58,355 nt of DNA from Tubiluchus corallicola (GCA_030141605.1 JAQGDQ010000799.1:36210-94564), one strand, 5' to 3'. Positions 37,494-50,324 are shown, counted from the stretch's first letter. Notes: generated from the letters alone by a model not told the origin. Program-made: numbers and translations.

Positions 37494-38099
37494 TAGCATC
37501 TAACTAAACATTTCATGGCGCTTCTTTTACTGAGAAAATGTTGCACTGTAATTTTAAAAAAATACCACCATCATTTTATTCAGCATCGACGTTTTTTTGT
37601 TTCACTGAGAAAAACTAGTTGATTTGACATCCTGTCAGGTTAAGCTTTACCTTATTGTGATAGCAATGGTGGCAATCTTTGGTGAGGGTTACCGTGATTA
37701 GCAGCAATGACAATAACTTTCTTGTATAATATGGGGGATGTTCAAAACATGTTTAGGATTCAATTTGCGACAATTACAGTTTTGGCAATATGCATACTCT
37801 TTGCCACGTTTTGCTCATTAAAAGATTTTCTATTTATAGAATGTCATCATTCATACTTTTTCACGATCAGATTTTTCCCCTATTTTACAAGCAATAATGT
37901 TGGTTGAAACAATCGTCCATGAACTTCTACCGTGTAAATTTTGTACAAAATGTAATGTTTATAGAATATGTGATGATTTATTGTACAGATAAATGCTACT
38001 GCTTTGTTAATTGTTGTGTCATCCTACAAATATTTCATTTAGTTTAATTGCATCTTTATGGCTAGTAGTCAATTTTAGAAGTGTCTTTGATGAACAGGG

Positions 38100-38360
38100 C
38101 TGGAATAAACGATTGTACCAGTAGTAATGTTGCATGATATCGTCATGGCAACGTACTTTGTTTCTTATTGCAGTACAATCATTATTTCCAAGCTTAATGT
38201 TATTTGATTATAACCCAGTGCTTTTAATCAGTTTGAATAAACTCTTGTGATATTGAGTTCTGATTGTTATCGCAACTTCTGCGTTTGCTGTTAGAATTTG
38301 CAAAAAACGTAATCACCAAACGAAGTTATTAGTATATTGAACAAAAATGCACTTTATTAA
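38100..38360. terminator. Candidate convergent polyadenylation signals for the HECT (+) and ZCCHC14-like (-) genes
   Basis: AATAAA on + at ~38104 and ~38236; TTTATT (AATAAA on -) at ~38353; no transcript data. Confidence 0.35.
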
Positions 38361-38859
38361 TAAATAATGCACGAGAATAAAATATCAGTAGTAGTAAATA
38401 TAATATGCAAATATAAAATACTTTCTCGCAGTAAAAGCCACTCGTCGTGAATGACAGCATTGCGGAAGCTTGTGAGAGAATTCACGTATTCAGAAATTAT
38501 AGATACGGCGATAAATTTTGCCTAACAAAAGAAGTTTTGTCGGAAGCTAGTCTATAAATCACATAAAATGACATATAAAAATCACAGCAGTTTTGCTGAT
38601 CTAATTTTATTAGGCAGAGATCACAGTGATGTAATCATATTGTCTTGTTACCAATAAAATTAAGAAACAGATCGCTTCTGATTGGTCTAACAAACACGTG
38701 TAGCTAGAATAGATCAGCAAAAATGGTGGTAAAGTGTCGATTTTTGACTTCCGGTTTCATTTAACCCGGCAACGGTTTGACAAAATGCATTTGACAATCT
38801 AAAAACCGCTTTGTCGAGTGTCTAAAGTTCGGAGGTAAAATGAACAGCAGCATGACGAT

Positions 38860-39332
38860 CAGTGGCAGCTCTAAAATTACTGGGGGTGCTACTTCTGGCC
38901 ATTGTTTTAATACCGTGTAAAATGAAACAAACACATTTAATTTTAATGTTGTAATTTGTAATTGTAATTTTAAACAAAGAAACATACAAAAGTTTGTACA
39001 TAAACTTGATAAAATCCTAAACAAAAAAGATAGTTTTTGTTTACTAATAGCCTAAATTGTCGCAGTTCAAGCTTGATCCATTCACTGCAAGCATGTGACA
39101 ACTGACAACAAACTGTGTGAGTGACAGTACTTTCTCTACCTGTGCTCAGACGTTGGGCCAAACGCCACGTTGCTGGAGCTGTGAGCTCGCTATGCTGGCC
39201 TGTGAAGCAAACAGTACTCTGGTTTCTGCACAAGTATAAAGAAAGAAGTAAAGACAAAAATACTTATTACACTGAACATTATTGAGTGAAAATAGGGGGT
39301 GCTGCAGTTCCCCGGTACACGAGCCGCTACTG
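38860..39332 (-). mobile_element. hAT-like MITE, family A (CAGTGGCGGCTCGT termini)
   Basis: Termini CAGTGGCAGCTC / GAGCCGCTACTG; 8-bp TSD ATGACGAT/ATGACCAT; homologous to copies at 4834, 8756 and 46196. Confidence 0.88.
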
Positions 39333-39684
39333 ATGACCATGTTGCTGCGCAGCGTAGTCGACATCACAGTTCTCTGCCTGAGCATTTACTGACTAATGAC
39401 TCTCATCTACGGGTCGGCTGCTTATAACAAAACTGCTACTTGAAACTAATTAAAATCATGATGCAAATCACAAAATGGCACAACTAAACGATTCCTGTAC
39501 AAACAACAAGCAAAAAAAACATTTACAAAGCGATAAAATCTCGGCATTCATTAGAACTGACTCAATAGTGGCAAGACTCATTTAACTACTTACATTTATC
39601 TCTACATCGGTGGTATTTTTGGCCTTTTGTTCTGTACATAGAAGACTGTATACTAGTTAAGTTACATGTATCCTAAGCTATGTA

Positions 39685-40110
39685 CACTCGTATCTCGGTT
39701 TGCCGGACCTCGCTTTTACGGACGAGAATCGGACAAAATCTGGACCGTTAAAAAGTCCTTACTACGGGCATAGTACGTTATTTTGCAAGCTGACCACTAG
39801 ATGGCGGGCAGTCACTTTGTTTACATCATTACAACAGTGTAACCAAGCAGCATGTAACGACACGTGTGTAGCTTGTATGTTAGCATGTTTAAATGGTTTA
39901 ATCAGCGCGATAATCAGTGGAGTTAGTTGAGTTAAATGCCTACAGCTTTTACATACTTTTGCATAGGAGCATCGCTGTGCAGTTAGACGATTGATTCTAC
40001 ATTACTGTGACTCTAATAAACTGTATTAGCTTAGTATCGGTAAATACAGGCAATCGGCAAATTGGGACTGATGTCTTCCCGCGTTTGTCTGGCAAACCGA
40101 GATATGAGTG
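39685..40110. mobile_element. TA-flanked MITE (Tc1/mariner-like) in the presumed ZCCHC14 3' UTR
   Basis: ta|CACTCGTATCTCGGTTTGCCGGAC ... GTCTGGCAAACCGAGATATGAGTG|ta: 24-bp TIR with 2 mismatches. Confidence 0.9.
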
Positions 40111-40229
40111 TATGTTAACGGTGAGCACCCCTTGATATAAACTGTCCATTTCTTCTGTGTAAATTAACTTGGCACTTGCTTTTTCATTTCCATTGTTTTC
40201 TGCAGCAACGGCGCTTGTCATTGGTGCGT

Positions 40230-40297
40230 TTACTCACTGGGTAATAGTGGAGGGTCAGGTAACTTGTTAGCGTGTCCGTACTTCAGACGAAACTGGC
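40230..40297 (-). CDS. ZCCHC14: ZCCHC14/2-like terminal coding exon
   Basis: cttttag|GC CAG TTT CGT...; GQFRLKYGHANKLPDPPLLPSE*, matching the G.(F/Y)RL(K/R)Y tail that follows the knuckle in ZCCHC14/ZCCHC2. Confidence 0.9.
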
Positions 40298-40350
40298 CTA
40301 AAAGAACAAAAAAGATGAATGAAAACGAAAAGGACATTGAATTATAGCAA

Positions 40351-41338
40351 CGCTCAACTGTTTGTGGTGTACTAAATACAATGTTCTCGCCTCAACTATT
40401 TGTGGTGTACTAAACACACAGTTCACAGCTCAACTATTTGTGGTGTGCTAAACACACTGTTCACGGCTCAACTGTTTGTGGTGTGCTAAACACACTGTTC
40501 CCGGCTCAACTATTTGTGGTGTGCTAAACAAACTGTTCCAGGCTCAACTATTTGTGGTGTGCTAAGCACACTGTTCCCATCTCAACTGTTTGTGGTGTGC
40601 TAAACACACTGTTCCCGGCTCACCTATTTGTGGTGTGCTAAGCACACTGTTCCCATCTCAACTGTTTGTGGTGTACTAAACACACTGTTCACGGCTCAAC
40701 TGTTTGTGGTGTGCTAAACACACTGTTCCCGGCTCAACTATTTGTGGTGTGCTAAACACACTGTTCACGGCTCAACTAGTTGTGGTGTGCTAAGCACACT
40801 GTTCCCATCTCAACTGTTTGTGGTGTGCTAAACACACTGTTCCCGGCTCAACTATTTGTGGTGTGCTAAACACACTGTTCACGGCTCAACTATTTGAGGT
40901 GTGCTAAACACACTGTTCCCGGCTCAACTGTTTGTGGTGTGCTAAACACACAGTTCACGGCTCAACTGTTTGTGGCGTACTAAACACACTGTTCACGGCT
41001 CAACTACTTGTGGTGTGCTAAACATACAGTTCTCGGCTCAACTATTTGTGGTGTGCTAAACATACAGTTCTCGGCTCAACTATTTGTGGTATGCTAAACA
41101 CACTGTTTCCGGCTCAACTATTTGTGATGTGCTAAACACACTGTTCCCGGTTCAACTATTTGTGGTGTGCTAAACACACTGTTTCCGGCTCAACTATTTG
41201 TGGTGTGCTAAACACACTGTTCCTGGTTCAACTATTTGTGGTGTGCTAAACACACTGTTCCCGGTTCAACTATTTGTGGTGTGCTAAACACACTGTTCAC
41301 GGCTCAACTATTTGTGGTGTACTAAACACACTGTTCCC
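40351..41338. repeat. 38-bp tandem repeat, ~26 copies, in the last ZCCHC14 intron
   Basis: Unit GCTCAACTRTTTGTGGTGTGCTAAACACACTGTTCMCG. Confidence 0.96.
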
Positions 41339-41682
41339 ATACACAAGTTTGTTTAAATCAATGGCTGGCTGCCAAAGGCTATGTTGAACGCTGGTATGGA
41401 AGAGAGCTGACGAAAACGGACATCTATTGGGCTGGTTCAAAATCAACGACAGGAAATGATATGAGATGAGATATGTTGAAGAAAAAATACTGGCGTCCAG
41501 CAAATCACAAAGACAACTATTACGAAAGTGAAAATGAACGCAGCAAAGGTTTTAAATAACATGAGATTAGATAAAAAAAATAAAATGTATGAAAACACTT
41601 GTAAAAGTCCCAAATTTCGTACAAATTGTCCCATTTTAGAAAAAAGTATTCAGTCCGACAATCAAATTACTTGAAACAAATT

Positions 41683-42500
41683 ACAGTAAATCCTCGCTTA
41701 ATGACTCGCCGTTTAGCAACGTTTCATTTTAATGACGCTGATCTTTTGACAGTAAGTCCTCGCTAAGTGACTCCCCGTTTAGCAACGTTTCATTTTAATG
41801 ACACTGATCTTTTGACAGTAAGTGCTCGCTTAGTGACTCCCCGTTTAGCACGTTTCATTTTAATGATGCTGATCTTTTGACAGTAAGTCCTCGCTTAGTG
41901 ACTCCCCGTTTAGCACGTTTCATTTTAATGACACTGATCTTTTGACAATAAGTCCTCGCTTAGTGACTCCCCGTTTAGCAACGTTTCATTTTAATGACAC
42001 TGATCTTTTGACAGTAAGTCCTCGCTTAGTGACTCCCCGTTTAGCAACGTTTCATTTTAATGACACTGATCTTTTGACAGTAAGTCCTCGCTTAGTGACT
42101 CCCCGTTTAGCAACGTTTCATTTTAATGATGCTGATCTTTTGACAGTAAGTCCTCGCTTAGTGACTCCCCGTTTAGCAACGTTTCATTTTAATGACACTG
42201 ATCTTTTGACAGTAAGTCCTCGCTTAGTGACTCCCCGTTTAGCACGTTTCATTTTAATGACGCTGATCTTTTGACAGTAAGTCCTCGCTTAGTGACTCCC
42301 CGTTTAGCAACGTTTCATTTTAATGACACTGATCTTTTGACAGTACGCCCTCACTGATCTTTTGACAGTAAGTCCTCGCTTAGCGACTCGCCGTTTAGCA
42401 ATGTTTCACTTTAATGACACTGATCTTTTGACAGTGAGTCCTCGCTTAGTGACTCCCCGTTTAGCAACGTTTCAGTTTAATGACACTGATCTTTTGACAG
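41683..42500. repeat. 66-bp tandem repeat, ~12 copies, derived from a Tigger-like terminus
   Basis: Starts ta|CAGTAAATCCTCGCTTAA; unit CAGTAAGTCCTCGCTTAGTGACTCCCCGTTTAGCAACGTTTCATTTTAATGACACTGATCTTTTGA. Confidence 0.94.
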
Positions 42501-42713
42501 CTTTTTTCTACTTAACGACGCACTTTTCATTTTAACAACGATTTTTTTTTACTTTTTCAAGTCAAATTTTTATTTGATTAACAAAAAAACATTTTTACTA
42601 ATTTCATGAACATATTACATTATTCTGTTCTAAAAATGTATTAGTAATGTAAACAGTGCAATTATGTTAGCGTCCGTTAAGCGATGACTTGCTGTATATG
42701 ATAATGGACTCAC

Positions 42714-43862
42714 CCTGCTTAGTGATTTCCTCCATAGAGAGTTCCTTGCACTCGCCAGCCTGATGTCCGCTTCCTCCGCAATTGTAACAAGTTTGTAACT
42801 TTCCCTTCAAATGTGAAGCAACCGTAGTTGGAGGTGTGCTGTAGTTGGGTTGCGCCGACGCTTGACTTCGCTGCTTCGTTTCCGGATTAACGACGGGAAT
42901 TCCGTTAACGATCATCAACTCTTGGTTTATGCCGTTCATGGGCGGCGGAGGAGGAACGAAGGGGGGAGGTATCAGACCATTAGCACCCCGCTGAAGGAAA
43001 TTTGGAAAGTTGGCAAAAAATGGATTTGCCAGCTGGTTTGGCGGGGGAAAGTTCTGGATTGGATTAGCGTTGTTACTATTATTAGCCATCGAATGAGCTT
43101 TATTACAGCCGCATTGAGTACAATTCGAGATGGGCAAAATATTGAATGGAGGCGGATTTAACGTCGTAGGTGGGACCACCATCGCTGGATTACTATTTAG
43201 CATGGCTTCGGGTAAATGCATTCCGGGTAGAGAAGGTAGAGAATTGTTTGGCATGAAGAACTGTGGACACGTCGTAGGGGGCATGGCCGTAGCAGGAAGC
43301 GACGTCGGCGGGGTAACATTGCTATCTTTGGGTTGTAGTAAATGCTGCGAAGGACGGAAGTTTGCTTGATTAGACGGGTCTGGTAAATGATAAGGCAACA
43401 CGGGCATTTGCAAAAGCTGTTTCTTTTGCAGTTGAGACAAAAGTAACTGATAGGTGGCAGCAGCAGCAGCATCGGGCGGCGGCTGACACTCTTTCTTCTG
43501 GAAGAGCTGCTGTTGAAACTGCGACAACTGCAACTGAAACGCTTGATTGAGAGCGGCGCTGGTGACCGACGTGTCCATGCTGTTGTTCGTTTTGGCCGTC
43601 ACAGGGGGAGACACTGTCGGCATGATGGAAGGCAAGTGAGATCCGATATTGGGTACCGGTTGAGTTACAAGATAATGTTGATTACCTAAGATAACATTGT
43701 GTAGAGGAGAGAAGGCATTTTCAGAGATAACTACACCTGTTTCAGGTACACTAGACTTTCTTGCGACCAACGGATGCTGCGCTTGAGTACATATGTCTGG
43801 AGTGCTCGCTTTCGATCGCAACGATTCAATATCCGAGGTTTCGTCGACAACGGATATGGTAT
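42714..43862 (-). CDS. ZCCHC14: ZCCHC14/2-like large exon: Q/P/N-rich region and CCHC zinc knuckle
   Basis: tcgtag|..|gtgagt; in frame with ORF 42667-43821; contains CTQCGC and CYNCGGSGHQAGEC (CX2CX4HX4C); phase 1-1. Confidence 0.93.
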
Positions 43863-43928
43863 CTACGAAAAAGCAAATAAACAGAAATGAAAGAACACAG
43901 ATAACATTTAGACACTGAAAAATTGTGT

Positions 43929-43999
43929 AGCAACCGGGATTTGAAACCAGGACCTCCTGCGCACCTAATAGGTTGCTCTACCATTTGAGCTACTGACCC
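43929..43999 (-). pseudogene. tRNA-like sequence (pseudo-tRNA or SINE head)
   Basis: GGGTCAGTAGCTCAAATGGTAGAGC...GGAGGTCCTGGTTTCAAATCCCGG: D-arm/A box and degenerate B box; acceptor and anticodon stems pair poorly. Confidence 0.7.
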
Positions 44000-44757
44000 A
44001 ATCTAGAAGAGGTGGTCTGACTTCTCACCCTAATGGCATACAGTAAGCATTTTCGCAGTTTAGTTGTACACAAGCACAGTTGCTGCAGGACAAAGGTTAA
44101 CTGTACTACAGCAACCCAACTACAACCATCACGTGACATGTGAGCAAAGCAAAGCTGTTTGTAACATCAATTCAGTGATTTCGGTAGTTTTACTGACCTG
44201 AACTTTACTTAATTACACATTAGTCTGTACGTAGAGTGATTTACTAACATGATCTTGCTTGGGAACAAGGAAAAATGAACTAGGTAAGGTTCTAGTTAGC
44301 TGTTAAAACTATTACTATTACAATAGTATGGGATGAGAGGCGTTGTCAAGTGTACACAAATGTGTTGTCTAGTACACTTAACCTCTGACCTTTTCACGAT
44401 CATCATCAATCGCTGGAACTGTGAAAAAGCTTACTTCACGAAACTTTCCATGTTTTTATTATTTTTCTTTTTTGTCATATTCAATGTACTTTTAATCAAA
44501 TAATGCGCCGTGGTCTTATAAATTAATTTTCCCGTTAATTCTGATGATCTTCAACTTGCATCATCATGTAAAATGAATTAAAAATAAGAAATAAATTTTT
44601 GTTACTTATTTTATTAAATAACAACGTACAGCAATAGTGACTGTCTGAAACACGAAGCAAAAGACAAAAAATGAAAATTTCAAACAGGTAAATCATTTCT
44701 ATTACACAGACTGCTCCTCCATATGAACACGTTCGTCTACAAAGAGGTGGAACTTAC

Positions 44758-44887
44758 CTCGGTCGCTCTCGTCTCCTGAATCTGAATGATGAAGAAAAGG
44801 ACTCTGCGGGGGACTAGAATATTCTGAACACGAGCTGTCTATGCTATCCAGTTGCAGGGCCGCACTGCGAATAGCCATTGATGTGCT
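44758..44887 (-). CDS. ZCCHC14: ZCCHC14/2-like exon (Ser-rich)
   Basis: branch-like ccctaac, pyrimidine tract and tttcag|..|gtaagt; STSMAIRSAALQLDSIDSSCSEYSSPPQSPFLHHSDSGDESDR; phase 0-1. Confidence 0.82.
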
Positions 44888-44940
44888 CTGAAACGGGAGC
44901 GGGTTAGGGAGCAAGTACGTGTCTGTACAAGTTAACTTAA

Positions 44941-45421
44941 AGGAAAAAAACCGGTCGTTTGATTAGACTCGATCTCGTTTTAACTTACTGTTCAAAATAT
45001 ACATTTTCTTGCCTATAAAAGTTGGCAGTTGTTTCTAATATGTAAATAATTACCTTGAAAAGTTAATTAACAAATACCGAACACAACTATTGCTGACATC
45101 ACAAACCAACCACAGTTTGCGCAATAGTTCCCTGCATGTCAAAAGCATTTGCATAAGCGAAGATTGCGATAAGACACTGATGTGATGTCACAAAAATGAC
45201 ACCACAGACGAACACCGCAGTTCATGATCATGCTTATCACAGTACAGCGCCTATTTATCGACCGCACAAATGTGATAAAAAGGTGCCATTATCAGTCTTA
45301 GTGGATTCGCTGAGCTGTGCTTAGCTTGGAAAGTTCAGCAAAATTTAACTAATCCGAGGTAAATATTATTTAATCTAAGCTTTGATCTAATCTAATGTCT
45401 TCAGAATCGTCCGGTTTTCCT
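44941..45421 (+). mobile_element. TTAA-target MITE with AG termini (Kolobok-like), family K1
   Basis: ttaa|AGGAAAAAAACCGGTCG...CGTCCGGTTTTCCT|ttaa; homologs at 3795-4467 and 12525-13060. Confidence 0.85.
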
Positions 45422-45915
45422 TTAAATGCAACTTTCTTAATTCTTATTTAGCAAGCAGATTAATGAAAGCACCTATTCTTACATATTTACAATTACAGAC
45501 TTATACCCACGTGTAATTTCTCACTGCAAAATATGAGTAAATGATGGAAAACAAAGATTTTTACCACTAGGAGTGAACATTCTGTGTCAGAAAGTGAAGT
45601 CGAATCAAACCTTTTAAAATTGAATCTTACTCAACTTCAAGATTTCAAATCCGAATTGAATTCGAAATCAGTTTTAAAGATTGTCGAATCACTAGTAGAA
45701 AGACGGTCATGCAAAGATCGTGCATATTGCTTGATTTTGTCTGTAGTAAAACAGCATATAACAGCGAGGAACTAACCGCGGGAACACGAATTTACTTTTG
45801 TATGCTATTAAATAGTTCACGTAAGTCATTCTTGAAAAAATAGTATATTTCAATGCTTTTATAGGGCAGGTGTGTTTTTAGCTGTAGTTTAAGTAAAATT
45901 TCATAAACCAAAAAC

Positions 45916-46006
45916 CTGTCTGTGTCCACTAGACGATCTCAAACTTGCTTTCAATTCCTTTGTCTCCTTGTCGTGGTTCTTCTTATGCAGCAGGTCCTTG
46001 GGAGTT
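45916..46006 (-). CDS. ZCCHC14: ZCCHC14/2-like exon
   Basis: ttttcag|..cag|gttttt; TPKDLLHKKNHDKETKELKASLRSSSGHRQ; only the phase-2 entry frame is open, phase 0 out. Confidence 0.7.
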
Positions 46007-46195
46007 CTGAAAACCAGAAAAAAACATTATGATTCGTGCTGTAACGATACACCTAGGTCATCATGTGATACACATCGCGATGCTGACCTCACGAGACACG
46101 TGAAGTTAATGTTTGGAGGCTTTATAAAAAAACTGAATGGTTTCTGTTAAACTGGGCTCAATCTAGTTTCACTTTTATGTATATAACTTTGCATG

Positions 46196-46714
46196 CAGTA
46201 GCGGCTCGTAGCTAAAATTAGTGGCGGCGCTGCTGCTTGAGAAAGTTTTTCTCCTTTGTCTTAATACCGTGTAAAACGAAACAAACATTTGTAATTTTAA
46301 TGTTGTAATTTGTAATTGTAAATAAACAAACATGAAAGTTTATACATAAAGTTGATAAAATCTTAAAACAAAAACGATATTTTTTGCTTACCAATAATCT
46401 AAATTATCGCAGTTGTAGCTTGATATATTCACGGTAAGCACGTGACAACTGACAACAAACTGTGTGAGTGACAGTACTTTTTCTACCTGGGCTCAGACAT
46501 GTGCGTATGCACACAACAGCTCAAACACCACATTACTGGACCGCACTGTGCTGGGCTGTGAAGCGCAACAGTACTACCCTCACGTGCTCGGGTTCCGCAC
46601 AAGTATAAAGAAAGAACTAAAGAAAAAGACTTATTATATTGAATATTATGGATAATAGTGAGTGAAAATAGGGGGTGCTGCAGTTCCACAGTACCTACAC
46701 ACGAGCAGCCGCTG
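46196..46714 (-). mobile_element. hAT-like MITE, family A
   Basis: CAGTAGCGGCTCGT ... ACGAGCAGCCGCTG; reverse-complement homolog of 4834-5401. Confidence 0.85.
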
Positions 46715-46752
46715 ATTTTATTTATCATTAGCAACGTAGTGTCCTGACTACT

Positions 46753-48041
46753 GTATGCTATTACATGTATGCTTTTAATTGTATGCTATTACATGTGTGC
46801 TTTTAATTGCATGCTATTACATGTATGCTTTTAATTGTATGCTATTACATGTGTGCTTTTAATTGTATGCTATTACATGTATGCTTTTAATTGTATGCTA
46901 TTACATGTATGCTTTTAATTGTATGCTATTACATGTATGCTTTTAATTGCATGCTATTACACGTATGCTTTTAATTTCATGCTATTACACGTATGCTTTT
47001 AATTGCATGCTATTACACGTATGTTTTTAATTGCATGCTATTACACGTATGCTTTTGATTGTATGCTATTACACGTATGCTTTTAATTGTATGCTATTAC
47101 ACGTATGCTTTTAATTGTATGCTATTACACGTAAGCTTTTAATTGTATGCTATTACACGTATGCTTTTAATTGTATGCTATTACACGTATGCTTTTAATT
47201 GTATGCTATTACATGTAAGCTTTTAATTGTATGCTATTACATGTATGCCTTTAATTGTATGCTATTACACGTATGCTTTTAATTGTATGCTATTACACGT
47301 ATGCTTTTAATTGTATGCTATTACACGTATGCTTTTAATTGTATGCTATTACACGTATGCTTTTAATTGTATGCTATTACACGTATGCCTTTAATTGTAT
47401 GCTATTACACGTATGCTTTTAATTGTATGCTATTACATGTATGCTTTTAATTGTATGCTATTACACGTATGCTTTTAATTGTATGCTATTACACGTATGC
47501 TTTTAATTGTATGCTATTACACGTATGCTTTTAATTGTATGCTATTACACGTATGCTTTTAATTGTATGCTATTACACGTATGCTTTTAATTGTATGCTA
47601 TTACACGTATGCTTTTAATTGTATGCTATTACACGTATGCTTTTAATTGTATGCTATTACATGTATGCTTTTAATTGTATGCTATTACACGTATGCTTTT
47701 AATTGTATGCTATTACACGTATGCTTTTAATTGTATGCTATTACACGTATGCTTTTAATTGTATGCTATTACACGTATGCTTTTAATTGTATGCTATTAC
47801 ATGTATGCTTTTAATTGTATGCTATTACACGTATGCTTTTAATTGAATGCTATTACACGTATGCTTTTAATTGTATGCTATTACACGTATGCTTTTAATT
47901 GTATGCTATTACATGTATGCTTTTAATTGTATGCTATTACACGTATGCTTTTAATTGTATGCTATTACATGTATGCTTTTAATTGTATGCTATTACACGT
48001 ATGCTTTTAATTGTATGCTATTACATGTATGCTTTTAATTG
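46753..48041. repeat. 28-bp tandem repeat (14+14 dimer), ~46 copies
   Basis: Unit GTATGCTATTACAC-GTATGCTTTTAATT. Confidence 0.97.
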
Positions 48042-48064
48042 AATTTGATGCTAAAGCGCTTAAC

Positions 48065-48153
48065 CTGTTAGTTAAAAGAGCTCGACGCAATCGATGTACA
48101 GCTCCAATCTGTAACCCAAATTTCACGAGTTCATCGTCTGTTAACTTCTCAAC
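48065..48153 (-). CDS. ZCCHC14: ZCCHC14/2-like exon, second half of SAM domain
   Basis: tttatag|..|gttaag; VEKLTDDELVKFGLQIGAVHRLRRALLTN (SAM LT..DL..G...GA...L); phase 0-2. Confidence 0.9.
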
Positions 48154-48217
48154 CTATAAACAGAGCAAGTCTAAGTGTAAAGTACTAGTGTCACCAGAAC
48201 CATTGAGACAAGTAATT

Positions 48218-48535
48218 TGATGTGTTCAGACTAGCGAGTTTTCTCTCTGGCATCAAACTCACAAATGTGAACTACTTTGTGAGTTACCGTCGGCAAAAAA
48301 TTGCAAACTCACCGCCTGTTACTACGAGTTACTGTCCAGTGTGAACACATCGGTGTGAACACAGTGTGTGTTACTCTCCACATTTCTCGCAATGAATAGA
48401 GAAGTGAGTGTCAGCTTGCTCTTGCTGTCAGAGAGTAACTCGCAGTATGTTTAGCTCTCTACACATAAGCTCTCTAGTATGTGAGTTACTTAGCAAGTTA
48501 ACTTGACAGGAAAACTTGCTAGTCTGAACGTACCA
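48218..48535. mobile_element. Palindromic MITE, superfamily unclear
   Basis: ~25-bp TIR TGATGTGTTCAGACTAGCGAGTTTT / AAAACTTGCTAGTCTGAACGTACCA, in the intron that splits the SAM domain. Confidence 0.8.
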
Positions 48536-48637
48536 TTAGGAATTACAGAAATTACAATACAAATTGTCGACAATCATTACAAAGAGTAACCAGCATAATA
48601 TGGCACACTATTAACTAAAGTAAACTCAACAAATCAC

Positions 48638-48833
48638 CTCGGAAACGGTGAAGCCGCATAGCGTGTCATAATACTTATGCAATCTCTCATTCTTCAACCA
48701 GCTCAACGTGAAATGATCCTCGGAACTTCTCCTAGAACAGGAAGACCTTTGAGAGGTAGAAACGTCACTCGGAGCAGAGAAACTTGAACTACGAGTTGTT
48801 GAACTGCTAGGCTGCACTCCAGAGTATTTACTC
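48638..48833 (-). CDS. ZCCHC14: ZCCHC14/2-like exon, first half of SAM domain
   Basis: ttattag|..|gtgatt; ends SWLKNERLHKYYDTLCGFTVSE (Smaug/Vts1-type WL..RLHKY); phase 2-0. Confidence 0.9.
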
Positions 48834-48894
48834 CTAATAAAATTGAAATAACGATACAAAGTTCATATCAAATTGTTGCTCTGCTGTTAAATCA

Positions 48895-50014
48895 TTCACA
48901 ACTACAATATTTGTGTGAAGCAACAATAAAGCCTGCTACAGTAGGTAATGATTCACTTACGCAACTACAATATTTGTCTGAAGCAACAATAAAACCTGCT
49001 ACAGTAGGTAATGATTCACTTACACAACTACAATATTTGTCTGAAGCAACAATAAAACCTGCTACAGTAGGTAATGATTCACTTACACAACTACGATATT
49101 TGTCTGAAGCAACAATAAAACCTGCTACAGTAGGTAATGATTCACTTGCGCAACTACGATATTTGTCTGAAGCAACAATAAAACCTGCTACAGTAGGTAA
49201 TGATTCACTTACGCAACTACGATATTTGTCTGAAGCAACAATAAAACCTGCTACAGTAGGTAATGATTCACTTACGCAACTACGATATTTGTTTGAAGCA
49301 ACAATAAAACCTGCTACAGTAGGTGATGATACACTTACGCAACTACGATATTTGTCTGAAGCAACAATAAAACCTGCTACAGTAGGTAATGATTCACTTA
49401 CACAACTACAATATTTGTCTGAAGCAACAATAAAACCTGCTACAGTAGGTAATGATTCACTTACGCAACTACAATATTTGTCTGAAGCAACAATAAAACC
49501 TGCTACAGTAGGTAATGATTCACTTACGCAACTACGATATTTGTTTGAAGCAACAATAAAACCTGCTACAGTAGGTAATGATTCACTTACGCAACTACGA
49601 TATTTGTTTGAAGCAACAATAAAACCTGCTACAATAGGTAATGATTCACTTACGCGACTACGATATTTGTCTGAAGCAACAATAAAACCTGCTACAGTAG
49701 GTAATGATTCACTTACGCAACTACGATATTTGTTTGAAGCAACAATAAAACCTGCTACAGTAGGTAATGATTCACTTACGCAGCCACGATATTTGTTTGA
49801 AGCAACAATAAAACCTGCTACAGTAGGTAATGATTCACTTACGCAACTACAATATTTGTTTGAAGCAACAATAAAACCTGCTACAGTAGGTAATGATTCA
49901 CTTACACAACTACAATATTTGTTTGAAGCAACAATAAAACCTGCTACAGTAGGTAATGATTCACTTACGCAGCTACAATATTTGTTTGAAGCAACAATAA
50001 AACCTGCTACAGTA
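48895..50014. repeat. 63-bp tandem repeat, ~18 copies
   Basis: Unit GAAGCAACAATAAAACCTGCTACAGTAGGTAATGATTCACTTACGCAACTACRATATTTGTYT; gives the 384-aa repeat ORF. Confidence 0.96.
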
Positions 50015-50324
50015 GATGCCTACGATACTAGAAATATAATTGTACTGCTTCTGGCAAGTGTGTAAATTTAACATTTTCACATTTTTCACACCTTTACAGG
50101 AAAACATGTTAAGGTCTAAGAAAATGATCATTAGAACTTGTAAACAATAAACATCTATTAACAACATTATCAACTCTGTACGAATCATACAATCTTGTTA
50201 TTTTAAGATGTTTAAATAAACATCGTCAAACCTGATAGCTGTGAATGATTTTTTACTCGGTGTATAATAAACAGTAGTGTTTTTAGTGTGACTTTTATTT
50301 TATTATTTTATTGTAATGTGATGT

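Noticed and set aside
40351-41338. GTGTG-pentaloop-CACAC hairpin array as an autoregulatory ZCCHC14 SAM target
   Set aside because: The sense-strand loop is UUUAG, not CNGGN; the stem is only 5 bp; the array is intronic.
43929-43999. Functional tRNA gene (also 7436-7510)
   Set aside because: Acceptor and anticodon stems do not pair properly; better read as SINE heads or pseudo-tRNAs.
44888-44922. Upstream acceptor at 44923 extending the Ser-rich exon, as the ORF track suggests
   Set aside because: Out of phase with the best donor of exon 45916-46006; the acceptor at 44888 has a branch-like motif, a pyrimidine tract and the correct phase.
48911-50065. 384-aa ORF of 21-aa repeats as a real protein
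   Set aside because: Product of a 63-bp array with one stop-free frame, antisense within an intron, with no ATG start or unique flanking domain.
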